From the NCBI GenBank assembly GCA_964556475.1, contig CAZKVU010000002.1, positions 12,271-76,270 of the forward strand: a stretch of DNA of 64,000 nucleotides, read 5' to 3'. The position numbers and the translations under genes were made by a program. Source of the stretch: an uncultured Gammaproteobacteria bacterium. Its GTDB lineage: Bacteria; Patescibacteriota; Microgenomatia; UBA1406; HO2-37-13b. Below the pieces are notes generated by a model, which worked only from the letters and a program-made list of their open reading frames with translations, was not told where the DNA came from and made no database searches. Shown here in pieces: positions 55,066-64,000 of this stretch. Position 1 is the first letter of the stretch. Each line of letters begins with the position of its first letter.

Positions 55066-56340
55066 ATGGCAGAAAATGTAATAACCGGCATTGATATAGG
55101 ATCATCCAAAATCGCGACCATTATTGCAAAAATATCAGAAGAAGACTCGACTCCACGAGTTATGGGTTTTGCTACAGTTCCATCACGCGGTGTACGCAGA
55201 GGTCAGATTGTTGACATTAATCAAGTAACAAATGTGGTTGAAGAATGTGTGGAAAAGGCAGAGCGCATGGCTGGTACAAAAATTGAATCCGCACTTGTTT
55301 CTGTTGGCGGTCCTCACATTGAATCCCTCAATTCACAAGGTGTCGTTGCGGTATCTCAGCCTGAAGTTGACATTAATGATAGTGATGTCGCTCGTGTTGT
55401 TGATGCAGCTAAGGCAATCTCTCTTTCGTCAACGAGAGAAATTATTGAAGTTACACCACGTGAATACATCGTTGATGGTCAATCTGGCATTAAAAATCCA
55501 ATTGGAATGTCGGGTGTTCGTTTGGAAGTTAATACGCACATTATTACAGCTGGCAGTACCAATCTAAAAAATATAGACAGATGCCTTAATGACTTAGGAA
55601 TCCGAACAGAAGCATATATATTCTCTGGACTTGCATCGTCACTCGCTGTTGTATCAGATACAGAAATGGAATTGGGCGTTGTGAGTGTTGATATTGGTGG
55701 TGGAAAAATAGATATATGTATATATGTTGAAGGAGCACTGAGCTATTCAACCTCAATATCGGTTGGCGCACGACATATTACCAACGATATAGCTGTAGGT
55801 TTACGCGTATCATTGGAGTCAGCCGAACGAATCAAAATGATGCTCAGTCAGCAAACACCAGGCGAACATCATAAAAATGACCCAAAGAGTGATGTTATTT
55901 CTGTTCGCAGCTTGCATTTGCCAGAAGGAATAGATTCAATTTCACGAAAAACAATTGTTGATGGGATAATGCGCCCTAGAATTCAGGAAATATTTGAGCG
56001 TGTTTATGATGAAATTGAAAAAAGTGATTATGGCACTCAGGTTCCATCTGGTCTTGTTCTCTCAGGAGGTGGAGCGCTTACTGTGGATATTGTTGATGCG
56101 GCCAAGCGTGTTGTTGGATTGCCAGCTCGGGTAGGAGTTCCTCAACACATCTCCGGTTTAACTGATGAGGTGACATACCCTGAATTCGCAGCTGTCTGTG
56201 GCCTTATTCTTTATGGGAAAGATATGACACACGATGTGGCCCATATGCAACTAAAGGATTTTGACAAGATATTCAAAAATGTTTCAATGAAAGTTCCATT
56301 CAAGAAAGTAAAAGACCTTGTGAAATCGTTTATACCGTAG
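55066..56340 (+). CDS. ftsA: Cell division protein FtsA
   Basis: Actin-fold motifs (GIDIGSSKI, VDIGGGKID, LSGGGA). Confidence 0.9.
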   Translation: MAENVITGIDIGSSKIATIIAKISEEDSTPRVMGFATVPSRGVRRGQIVDINQVTNVVEECVEKAERMAGTKIESALVSVGGPHIESLNSQGVVAVSQPEVDINDSDVARVVDAAKAISLSSTREIIEVTPREYIVDGQSGIKNPIGMSGVRLEVNTHIITAGSTNLKNIDRCLNDLGIRTEAYIFSGLASSLAVVSDTEMELGVVSVDIGGGKIDICIYVEGALSYSTSISVGARHITNDIAVGLRVSLESAERIKMMLSQQTPGEHHKNDPKSDVISVRSLHLPEGIDSISRKTIVDGIMRPRIQEIFERVYDEIEKSDYGTQVPSGLVLSGGGALTVDIVDAAKRVVGLPARVGVPQHISGLTDEVTYPEFAAVCGLILYGKDMTHDVAHMQLKDFDKIFKNVSMKVPFKKVKDLVKSFIP

Positions 56341-56358
56341 TATAGTGTAGCCTAAATT

Positions 56359-57489
56359 ATGCTCATTAAACCAAATGCAGGTCAACCTGCGAATATCAAA
56401 GTCGTCGGAGTAGGTGGGGGTGGTGGCAATGCGATAAATACGATGATATTGGAGGAGGACATTAATGGGGTAGAGTTCATCGCAATGAACACCGATGCAC
56501 AGGCACTTCTTAATCACAAAGCAGACGTTAAAATTCAAATTGGTGAAAATATTACAAAGGGTTTAGGCTCGGGTGGAAGCCCGGATATTGGACGTCAAGC
56601 CGCTGAAGAATCTCGTGAAAAAATAAAACAGCAATTAGATGGAGCAGATATGGTTTTTATTGCTGCTGGTGAAGGAGGAGGCACAGGGACAGGAGCGTCA
56701 CCAGTAGTTGCAGAAATCAGCAAGGAACTCGGAGCGTTAACTGTTGCAGTTGTTACGCGACCATTTATCTTTGAGGGATCTCGGCGGAAAGTCGCAGCTG
56801 ATGATGGTGTAGAAAGCCTTCGAAATAATGTTGATACACTCATTGTCATTCCAAATCAGAAAGTTCTTGAAATTATCGATTCAAAAGTGAGCGTTGTTGA
56901 TGCTTTCAGAAAAGTGGATTCTGTTCTTCATCAAGGGGTAAAAGGCATTGCCGAACTTATAACAACTCCAGGGCTTATTAATGTTGATTTCGCCGATGTT
57001 AAATCAATTATGCAAGATGCGGGAACTGCGCTGATGGGAATCGGAAGCGCATCGGGCGAGAATAGAACTATTGCTGCTGTTAAACATGCCATCTCATCCC
57101 CATTACTGGAATCATCTATTTCCGGAGCTCGCGGTGTTCTTTTTAATGTAATCGGAGGAAAGGATCTATCGATGTCGGAAGTTGATGAGGCTGCTTCCAT
57201 TATTGCAAAAACGGTCGATCCAGATGCCGATATCATTTTTGGCGCAGTTATTGACGAGAAAATGGTTGATGAAGTTCGTGTCACAGTCATTGCAACGCGA
57301 ATTGATGAAGCTCGATTTAGAGTTGCTCGCATGCACCATGACCCTCTTCCAATGCCGAAAAAAGAAGAAGAATCTCTTGAAAAACAGCCATCTCCGAAAG
57401 AAAATCCATTGAGAAGGGAAGTTGATGACGAATTACTTGGAGATAATGATGAATTTGACGTTCCAACATTCCTTCGTCGTAAGAGATGA
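56359..57489 (+). CDS. ftsZ: Cell division GTPase FtsZ
   Basis: GVGGGGGNAIN and the tubulin signature GGGTGTGASP. The C-terminal DVPTFLRR peptide is present. Confidence 0.97.
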   Translation: MLIKPNAGQPANIKVVGVGGGGGNAINTMILEEDINGVEFIAMNTDAQALLNHKADVKIQIGENITKGLGSGGSPDIGRQAAEESREKIKQQLDGADMVFIAAGEGGGTGTGASPVVAEISKELGALTVAVVTRPFIFEGSRRKVAADDGVESLRNNVDTLIVIPNQKVLEIIDSKVSVVDAFRKVDSVLHQGVKGIAELITTPGLINVDFADVKSIMQDAGTALMGIGSASGENRTIAAVKHAISSPLLESSISGARGVLFNVIGGKDLSMSEVDEAASIIAKTVDPDADIIFGAVIDEKMVDEVRVTVIATRIDEARFRVARMHHDPLPMPKKEEESLEKQPSPKENPLRREVDDELLGDNDEFDVPTFLRRKR

Positions 57490-57731
57490 CTATTCCATCA
57501 AATTGGGAAATAAACTCACGCGGACGCCTTGAAAGAACTTTTGTTTTTGATAATTTTGATCAAGCACTCACCTTTCTCAATTTATGTGGTGAATTAGCTC
57601 AAAAATCAAACCATCACCCTGATTTATTTTTACACGATTGGAAAAAGCTAACCATTACACTCTACACTCACTCAGAAAATGACGTAACTGAAAGGGATGT
57701 TGAAATGGCACAGAAAATTAATTCACTTTAA
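57486..57731 (+). CDS. Pterin-4-alpha-carbinolamine dehydratase (PCD/DCoH) family protein
   Basis: 81 aa with W..........L.R.F.F.NF and NHHPD motifs. Its ATG overlaps the ftsZ stop (ATGA). Confidence 0.65.
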   Translation: MTIPSNWEINSRGRLERTFVFDNFDQALTFLNLCGELAQKSNHHPDLFLHDWKKLTITLYTHSENDVTERDVEMAQKINSL

Positions 57732-57734
57732 GAT

Positions 57735-58517
57735 ATGAAACTCAAAATTTTACAATTGAATATTTGGTTTGGTGGAAAGAATAGAGAGGAGCTGCTTCAG
57801 TTCATAGATCAACATGATTTTGATGTTATGATTTTTCAGGAAGTATATAAGCCTAATCCTGAATTTTCTGACCCACGATATCATTTGCTAACGACTTTAC
57901 AAAATTCGTATGGATTTAAATACATCGACTTTGCTCCGAATTTTTTTATGGAGAGTTCCATTGAGGACGATGTTGTTAACACCGACTGGGGAACTGCAAT
58001 TCTTTCAAAATATCCAATAGTGAAAAGCACTAATACCTTTTATCTTGGAAAATATGATGTAATTGATGCGAAGCATTTAGGTAATGACTATAGTAAACTT
58101 CCCCGATCTATTCAACACGCAACAATCGATCTTGAAGAAACTACACTCAATGCCATCACAACGCATGGTATTTGGGGTTTTGATGATAAAGATAATCCAG
58201 CTCGACTTGATATGAGCAAAGCAATAATTGATGCAACTGCGAACTTCAAAAACGTTGTCTTCAGTGGTGACTTAAATGTTGATCAGAATACTCTTACAAT
58301 TTCTGAAATTGAAAAGTACCTGCACAATCCTTTCAAAAACAAACTAACATCGACATTTAATATGAAACATAAAAAATCAGCTCATGGAACATTCGCTTCG
58401 TCGGTTGTGGATTTTATGTTTGTTTCCCCCGGTGTGAACGTCATTACTGCAGAAACTTCTGAAGATGCTGACATCTCCGATCATATAGGTCTAATCTGTG
58501 ATATTACAGTTCAATAA
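57735..58517 (+). CDS. Endonuclease/exonuclease/phosphatase (EEP) family protein, paralog B
   Basis: VMIFQE, GDLN and DISDHIGL motifs. Clearly alignable by eye to the 38041-38793 product (TSTFNMKHKK vs TTFNMKKKS; VVDFMFVS vs VVDLMFVT). Confidence 0.65.
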   Translation: MKLKILQLNIWFGGKNREELLQFIDQHDFDVMIFQEVYKPNPEFSDPRYHLLTTLQNSYGFKYIDFAPNFFMESSIEDDVVNTDWGTAILSKYPIVKSTNTFYLGKYDVIDAKHLGNDYSKLPRSIQHATIDLEETTLNAITTHGIWGFDDKDNPARLDMSKAIIDATANFKNVVFSGDLNVDQNTLTISEIEKYLHNPFKNKLTSTFNMKHKKSAHGTFASSVVDFMFVSPGVNVITAETSEDADISDHIGLICDITVQ

Positions 58518-58543
58518 GTCTGTTTTTTTATAACCGAAAAGGT

Positions 58544-58549
58544 TATAAT
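58544..58549 (+). promoter_or_regulatory. -10 element TATAAT, 8 nt upstream of the ileS ATG, embedded in the 3' arm of an 8-bp hairpin (58528-58548)
   Basis: TTATAACC-GAAAA-GGTTATAA. TATAAT at 58544-58549 and ATG at 58558. Confidence 0.45.
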
Positions 58550-58557
58550 TCCATTCT

Positions 58558-61392
58558 ATGATCGATCCTATTAACGAGCAGCCAAATTTTCCTGAATTGG
58601 AAAATTCACTTGTTGAACACTGGAAAAAAAATAAGATTTTTGAAAAATCTATTGAATCTCGTCCTGCAGACAGAAAATGGACTTTTCTTGATGGCCCTCC
58701 ATTTATTACAGGCATGCCTCATTATGGCACATTGCTTTCAAGCCTCCCCAAGGATGTATTCCCTCGCTTCTGGACAATGAAAGGCTACCGAGTGCGTCGT
58801 GTATGGGGCTGGGATTGTCATGGATTGCCAGCGGAGAATAAAGTTGAAAATAAATTGGGTTTAAAACGAAAAAAGGACATTGAGGAAGTTGTTGGCATAA
58901 AGAAGTTTATCGATGAATGCAAATTGTATGTAAGCGAAGTATCAGAGGAATGGGAGTGGTACATCGATCATATTGCCCGTTGGGTCGACTTTAAAAACGC
59001 CTATAAAACAATGGATTCAGATTATATGGAATCTGTTATGTGGGTTTTTAAGCAGATGTATGACAAAAAGTATATTTATAAAGGGCTGCGCGTTTCTTTA
59101 TATTGTCCACATTGTTCAACACCAATCTCAAATTTTGAGGTTGCAATGGACAATGATAATTATAAAGATGTTACAGACTCCGGAACTATATATAAGTTTA
59201 GGACGAAAAATGACTCAAATACTTACTTGCTTGCATGGTCAACAACTCCATGGACAAAGATCACAACTTCTGCTCTTGCTGTTAATCCTGATTTGACATA
59301 TGTTTATACACAAGTTGGAGCCGAAACCTACATTCTGGCAGAATCCACTTTAGAAATATTAAAAGCTGATCACAAGATAACCAAGAAAATTAAGGGTTCA
59401 GATTTATCTGGTTTAGAATTTGAACCACATTTTAACTATTACTCAATTGATCAAGGGAAAAAAGCCTTCATCGTTGTTGCCGATCAATTTGTCACCGCTG
59501 ATGAGGGGACTGGTATTGTTACACTTGCCCCATATGGTGAGGATGATTTACGCGTTATGAAGGCACAAAATATTCACATTGAAATGCATTTGGATGATGA
59601 AGGACATATGTTCCAAGCCGTTCCGAACTACGGAGGCATGTACTATCTTAAAGCAAATAAACTCATCAATGACGATCTTTCTAAAAAAGGCCTTATTTAT
59701 AGAGATGAACCACATACCCACTCTATGCCGCATTGCTGGAGATGCGGTACGCTTTTATATTATGCTCCGCAGGATGCATGGTATGTTGACATCCAATCCC
59801 TCAAACCGCAGTTATACAAAAATAATGAGAATATTAATTGGTATCCAAATCATTTTAAATATGGTCGATTCCTGAAAAGTATGGAAGCCGCACCAGACTG
59901 GTGTATTTCACGAAGCCGATATTGGGGTTCTCCTGTACCTGTTTGGGAATGTGATGATTGTGGTGAGATTTTTGTTCCAGGATCAATTCAAGAACTTGAG
60001 AAAGCATCTGGTTCAAAAGTAACAGAACTTCACAGACCTGAAATTGATGATGTTGTCGTCAAGTGTGCGAAGTGCGGCAAGGATTCACATAGAGTTCCAG
60101 AGGTACTTGACAGTTGGATTGAAGCAGGTTCAGCATCCTTTGCAGAACGTCATTTTCCATTCAATTCTGAGATAAAACTCGAAGATTTTTTCCCACCTGA
60201 TTTCATTGTTGAATATACAGGTCAAATTAGAGCTTGGTTCTATGTTCTTCATGTAATTGGGACTGCTTTATTTGACTCACATGCATTTAAGAATGTTGCA
60301 GTAACCGGTGTTATTTTAGGAACGGATGGTCGGAAGATGAGTAAAAATTTCGGCAATTATCCTGATCCACGAATGATGCTTGAAAAATATGGAGGAGATG
60401 CGCTGCGATTATACCTTATGGGTAGCTCGGTTATGCGAGGCGAGGACGTTATCATTTCCGAGGAAGATTATCGTAATCAAATTAAAGCATACACTATTCC
60501 ATTATGGAATATCTTTAAATTTTTCTCTATTTATGCCCAGCTGGATAATTATGAAATTAAAGATACAGTAGAGCCATCAGATAATAATATTCTGGATAAA
60601 TGGCTGCTTAATGAATTGCGAAGAGTTCGTAACGATATTACATCACATCTTGAGAATTACGATACCGTTTCAGCGATTAAAACACTGATAAAATTTGTTG
60701 ACGATATGTCGAAATGGTATATCAGACGCAGTCGAGATAGGATAGGGCAGGCTGCACACGATGCTCAGGATAAGCAGGAATTTTATAACACAACATTATA
60801 TGTCCTTCGTGAGTTTGCGAAAATTTCAGCTCCCATTACTCCTTTTATTTCTGAGATTATTTTTACCCATTTGACCAAAAAAGAATCTGTTCATCTCGAG
60901 GACTGGCCAAATGAACAAACGATTTCGCCTGAGGTTCTTGAGAATACAGAGGCCATTCGAAAACTCATCGAAGTTGGTCATAGAATAAGAAAGGAAAAAC
61001 AACTCAAAGTACGACAACCCCTTGCAGCAATAACATTTAAGATAGGAGAAATGTATGCAATTCAAAAGGATGATGACTATGAACAGTATATGGATGTCAT
61101 CAAAGACGAACTCAATGTCAAAAATATTAATTTTGCAAAAGGCGAAGGCATAGATGCTGAATACGATACAAAACTTACCGCTGAGTTAATCGCAGAGGGA
61201 GAAGCGCGTGAATTGATTCGAAATATTCAGCAGCAGCGGCGTCAACAAAATCTCCATCAGAATGAATTGGTAGATGTTGTTGTAGAGAATATCCCTGAAC
61301 AATTTGCTGATTATATCAAAGAGAAGGTCATGGCCCGTTCAATTACGAAGGGCCCGTCACTGAGTATTACTAAGATCTCTGCTCGTGAATAA
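58558..61392 (+). CDS. ileS: Isoleucine--tRNA ligase (eukaryote-like type 2 architecture)
   Basis: PPFITGMPHYGT (HIGH-region variant), WDCHGLP, KMSKN, Cys clusters, and 944 aa. Confidence 0.88.
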   Translation: MIDPINEQPNFPELENSLVEHWKKNKIFEKSIESRPADRKWTFLDGPPFITGMPHYGTLLSSLPKDVFPRFWTMKGYRVRRVWGWDCHGLPAENKVENKLGLKRKKDIEEVVGIKKFIDECKLYVSEVSEEWEWYIDHIARWVDFKNAYKTMDSDYMESVMWVFKQMYDKKYIYKGLRVSLYCPHCSTPISNFEVAMDNDNYKDVTDSGTIYKFRTKNDSNTYLLAWSTTPWTKITTSALAVNPDLTYVYTQVGAETYILAESTLEILKADHKITKKIKGSDLSGLEFEPHFNYYSIDQGKKAFIVVADQFVTADEGTGIVTLAPYGEDDLRVMKAQNIHIEMHLDDEGHMFQAVPNYGGMYYLKANKLINDDLSKKGLIYRDEPHTHSMPHCWRCGTLLYYAPQDAWYVDIQSLKPQLYKNNENINWYPNHFKYGRFLKSMEAAPDWCISRSRYWGSPVPVWECDDCGEIFVPGSIQELEKASGSKVTELHRPEIDDVVVKCAKCGKDSHRVPEVLDSWIEAGSASFAERHFPFNSEIKLEDFFPPDFIVEYTGQIRAWFYVLHVIGTALFDSHAFKNVAVTGVILGTDGRKMSKNFGNYPDPRMMLEKYGGDALRLYLMGSSVMRGEDVIISEEDYRNQIKAYTIPLWNIFKFFSIYAQLDNYEIKDTVEPSDNNILDKWLLNELRRVRNDITSHLENYDTVSAIKTLIKFVDDMSKWYIRRSRDRIGQAAHDAQDKQEFYNTTLYVLREFAKISAPITPFISEIIFTHLTKKESVHLEDWPNEQTISPEVLENTEAIRKLIEVGHRIRKEKQLKVRQPLAAITFKIGEMYAIQKDDDYEQYMDVIKDELNVKNINFAKGEGIDAEYDTKLTAELIAEGEARELIRNIQQQRRQQNLHQNELVDVVVENIPEQFADYIKEKVMARSITKGPSLSITKISARE

Positions 61393-62422
61393 AAAAAAGA
61401 TAGATATTTGGATGCTTGTTGCTATGTTTGGTCTCTGTTTATTCGGAGCATTCAACATGTATGGCATACGTCCCGATTTATTATCACATTTTCTGGCATA
61501 CATGCTAGTCGGTTGGATTGCCTTCTTCAGCGTTAGATTTGTTAACATTGAGCTGTTAAAGCATAATAGCAAAACAATTTTTCTCGTTTTTATCTCACTT
61601 TTTATTATTAACTTCCTGTTTTCACGAGGAATTCGCGGAAGCAGACGCTGGATTGACTTATACATTTTTCAATTTCAGACATCGGAATTTTTTAAACCGT
61701 TCTTTCTTATAATTGTTGCTCATTTATTAAGTTTTGAGAAAAAGTTTCAGAGCAACCGATTACTAATACTCATTCCAACAGTCGCAATACCAGTTATAGC
61801 TATTTTTATTCAGCCGGATCTCGATACTGCCATATTATATTTTTCTGTATTTGTTATTTTGCTTTATTTTGCCGGTACATCTACACGGCTCGTTGCGTAT
61901 GGATTATCGGTTATCTCACTTTTAGTTCCATTTGTGTGGATGCTGCTTAAAGATTATCAAAAAAATCGTATTTTTGGATTTCTTGATCCCGATCTTGATC
62001 CACAAGGAATAACGTACAATCTAACGCAGTCTATTATTGCTGCAGGATCAGGAGGTATATTTGGAAAAGGCCTGGGTTTTGGCACTCAAGCTCGATATAG
62101 ATTTCTACCGGAATTCCAAACTGATTTTGCCTTTTCATCACTTGTAGAACAGTTCGGTTTTATCGGTGGCATGATTATCATTGTGCTTTATGCGATGCTC
62201 ATTTTCAGACTGATTAAAAGATTGTTTGAGAAAAAGGAATCACCATTCCGATATCTATTTTTAATCGGAACTATCACCTTTCTTTCAGCATCATTTTTTA
62301 TGAATATAGGTATGAATTTGGGGCTCATGCCTATTACAGGTATTGCACTTCCATTTATATCATACGGAGGTTCATCGATTGTTTCGACTTTATTGTTGTT
62401 GGGATTTGCTTTATCGATATAG
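61385..62422 (+). CDS. rodA: SEDS-family protein (RodA/FtsW paralog)
   Basis: GTG start overlapping the ileS stop. PEFQTDFAF and GIALPFISYGGSS motifs. Confidence 0.8.
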   Translation: MNKKKIDIWMLVAMFGLCLFGAFNMYGIRPDLLSHFLAYMLVGWIAFFSVRFVNIELLKHNSKTIFLVFISLFIINFLFSRGIRGSRRWIDLYIFQFQTSEFFKPFFLIIVAHLLSFEKKFQSNRLLILIPTVAIPVIAIFIQPDLDTAILYFSVFVILLYFAGTSTRLVAYGLSVISLLVPFVWMLLKDYQKNRIFGFLDPDLDPQGITYNLTQSIIAAGSGGIFGKGLGFGTQARYRFLPEFQTDFAFSSLVEQFGFIGGMIIIVLYAMLIFRLIKRLFEKKESPFRYLFLIGTITFLSASFFMNIGMNLGLMPITGIALPFISYGGSSIVSTLLLLGFALSI

Positions 62423-62428
62423 TTCATA

Positions 62429-62434
62429 TATAAT
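62429..62434 (+). promoter_or_regulatory. -10 element TATAAT, 8 nt upstream of the rplU ATG
   Basis: TATAAT at 62429-62434 and ATG at 62443. The spacer ATTTCTCT resembles that of glyQS (TTCTCT). Confidence 0.45.
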
Positions 62435-62442
62435 ATTTCTCT

Positions 62443-62751
62443 ATGAAATTTGCAATTATTCGAACTGGTGGAAAGCAGTATTTTGTCAAAAAAGATGACG
62501 AGATAGTTATTGATCAACTAAAACACGACAAAGACGCTGAAGTGGAATTTGAAACACTTGCCAGAGGTGATTTGGAAAAGAATACGATTGAGTTAGGAGC
62601 ACCAGCTTTAAAAGGAGGAGTTAAGGGTACTGTTATGGATAATGGCAAAGGTGATAAAATAAGAGTTGCACGATTCAAAGCAAAAGTTCGATATAGAAAA
62701 GTAAGAGGATTCAGACCATCCTTGTCACAAGTTAAAATAACATCAATTTAA
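62443..62751 (+). CDS. rplU: 50S ribosomal protein L21
   Basis: MKFAIIRTGGKQY N-terminus and 102 aa. Confidence 0.93.
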   Translation: MKFAIIRTGGKQYFVKKDDEIVIDQLKHDKDAEVEFETLARGDLEKNTIELGAPALKGGVKGTVMDNGKGDKIRVARFKAKVRYRKVRGFRPSLSQVKITSI

Positions 62752-62754
62752 ACC

Positions 62755-63000
62755 ATGGCACATACAAAGTCGCAGAAGGCGGCAAAAGGAAATAGAGATT
62801 CTATCTCAAAGAGACTTGGTATTAAACTTTACGGAGGTCAAGCCGCCGATGGTGGGAATATTATTGTACGCCAAAGAGGAATGACTTTTAAACCTGGTGT
62901 TGGTACATATATGGGCAAGGATTATACGATTCATGCAGAAGCAAAAGGTACTGTCAAATTCATAACACGAAAAGGACGCAAACACGTAACGGTTGTATGA
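62755..63000 (+). CDS. rpmA: 50S ribosomal protein L27
   Basis: MAHTKSQKAAKGNRDS...GNIIVRQRG. Confidence 0.95.
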   Translation: MAHTKSQKAAKGNRDSISKRLGIKLYGGQAADGGNIIVRQRGMTFKPGVGTYMGKDYTIHAEAKGTVKFITRKGRKHVTVV

Positions 63001-63560
63001 AGCCAGATGTAGAAAATATCTACCAAAATATCCGCACAGAAAGTGACCCTATTGAGAAAAGCAAACTCCTCACGATTCTTCATTCTGACAAAGAGATAAC
63101 GATTACCAGTATTGCTCAAGAGCTCGGCTATACCATTGCTCATGTGAGCAATTTACTGCGTTTGTCACGATTGCCTGATCTGATTCTTGATGGTTACTAT
63201 TCCGGACTTGTTCAATACACACATCTGTTATTACTATCTCGTTTAAAGAGCCAAAAAGACATGATAGAAGCGTATGAATTAACATTGCAGCAGTCTTTTA
63301 CAACCGCCATGTTAGAGGATTATATTAGAGAAAAATTACACAATATCGAAACTTTCCCTGATAAAGTTGACAGTCAAACTAAAGATGCAATACGGAATTT
63401 TTTTTCAACCCTTGATCCAAGTGCTAAAATCAAATTGGTTCAGACACGACTGCGTACGAAAATTACTATCACATACGAGGGTAATACTAAGAAGACGACA
63501 TCTATTCTCGAAAAATTATGCTCGCAGCTGAACAATGCTACTGAACGAAAGGATTCTTAA
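62997..63560 (+). CDS. ParB-like helix-turn-helix protein lacking the N-terminal ParB/Srx (CTP-binding) domain
   Basis: ITITSIAQELGYTIAHVSNLLRLSRLPDLILDG matches the ParB HTH pattern. Only about 30 aa precede it. Its ATG overlaps the rpmA stop (ATGA). Confidence 0.5.
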   Translation: MKPDVENIYQNIRTESDPIEKSKLLTILHSDKEITITSIAQELGYTIAHVSNLLRLSRLPDLILDGYYSGLVQYTHLLLLSRLKSQKDMIEAYELTLQQSFTTAMLEDYIREKLHNIETFPDKVDSQTKDAIRNFFSTLDPSAKIKLVQTRLRTKITITYEGNTKKTTSILEKLCSQLNNATERKDS

Positions 63561-64000
63561 TGAGTCCAAGTTTATCAGCAGGGAAATATCTAAAGAAGAC
63601 ACGCCCGACAACATGTTTTTCTGAAACCGGTCCAAACGATCGGGAATCAGATGAGCGTGGACGATTATCACCCATCACAAAAATATAATCAGCTGGCACA
63701 GTTACTTCCTGACCTTCTGTGAGAAATCCACCATCAAACGTACTCGTTGTGACATGATCAAGATATGGCTCATTCAGTTCCTTGTCATTTAGATATACTT
63801 TTCCTCCCTCAACACGCACTGTATCACCGGGTAATCCAATAATTCTTTTTATAAAATCAATATCAGAGTTTTGCGGTGAATCAAACACAACAACGTCGCC
63901 TCTTCTAAAGGTGCCAATTCTGTATGCGAGTTTATTAGTTAAAATGTATTGTCCATTTCTAAATGTTGTGTCCATTGATGCGCCACGGACTTGATGAGGC
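63538..64000 (-). CDS. lepB: Signal peptidase I, partial (5' end beyond the window)
   Basis: GDNRPRSSDSRSFGPV box. The reading frame stays open upstream of the track Met and encodes VRGASMDTTF, which is the catalytic Ser box. Confidence 0.85.
   Translation of the reverse strand, partial: PHQVRGASMDTTFRNGQYILTNKLAYRIGTFRRGDVVVFDSPQNSDIDFIKRIIGLPGDTVRVEGGKVYLNDKELNEPYLDHVTTSTFDGGFLTEGQEVTVPADYIFVMGDNRPRSSDSRSFGPVSEKHVVGRVFFRYFPADKLGLIKNPFVQ

Noticed and set aside
58528-58548. The hairpin TTATAACC-GAAAA-GGTTATAA after the EEP paralog B gene could be a Rho-independent terminator.
   Set aside because: The T-run precedes the stem rather than following it, and the stem is AT-rich (6 of 8 pairs). 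It is kept only as context for the ileS -10 element.
1-64000. Possible alternative genetic code, since some CPR lineages reassign UGA.
   Set aside because: All conserved genes (secA, ftsH, ileS, mur genes, ftsZ and others) read through at full expected length under the standard bacterial code, and several end in TGA at the expected position.

Overview
The window is AT-rich (roughly 35-40% G+C by eye), very tightly packed, and looks like a reduced-genome bacterium, plausibly Patescibacteria/CPR. That placement is an inference from gene content and style; no searches were run, and all functional calls rest on motifs read in the supplied translations. Layout: (i) 1-12.4 kb holds housekeeping genes: secA, a minus-strand operon ftsH / 5'-3' exonuclease / enolase / ABC-2 transporter, then a t6A block with a TsaC-TsaE fusion plus tsaD. 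(ii) 12.39-12.78 kb holds tRNA-Met(CAU) and tRNA-Pro(UGG), separated by a 54-bp x4 tandem array that reiterates the 5' end of tRNA-Met. (iii) 12.85-30.75 kb is a surface-glycan biosynthesis locus. It has a priming sugar transferase, a DUF4012-like protein, a ManC-like enzyme, 5 GT4, 2 GT2, 2 GT-C-like membrane transferases, an O-antigen-ligase-like protein and an acetyltransferase. (iv) 30.8-33.5 kb holds glyQS and two secreted or anchored hypotheticals. (v) 33.5-57.5 kb is an expanded dcw/peptidoglycan super-cluster: mraZ-rsmH-ftsL-ftsI-murE-EEP-pgeF-murC-murB-(reverse membrane gene)-murA-GlmU-like-PIG-V-like-yvcK-dgkA-mraY-unknown PP-loop-like ORF-murD-ftsW-murG-ftsQ-ftsA-ftsZ. (vi) The remainder holds a PCD-like gene, a second EEP paralog, ileS, rodA, rplU, rpmA, a ParB-like HTH gene and partial lepB. 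The strongest anomaly is a block of about 0.9 kb at about two-thirds G+C (about 20320-21205) inside the glycan locus. It carries one proline-rich lipoprotein gene with a strong Shine-Dalgarno site, which the native genes lack. Other points worth a second look are the tRNA-fragment tandem array, hairpin-bearing 34-bp repeats upstream of secA with a compensatory base-pair change, a recurrent leaderless-type promoter architecture, and an uncharacterised ORF translationally coupled to murD. No CRISPR array, transposase, integrase or recognisable defence system was seen.
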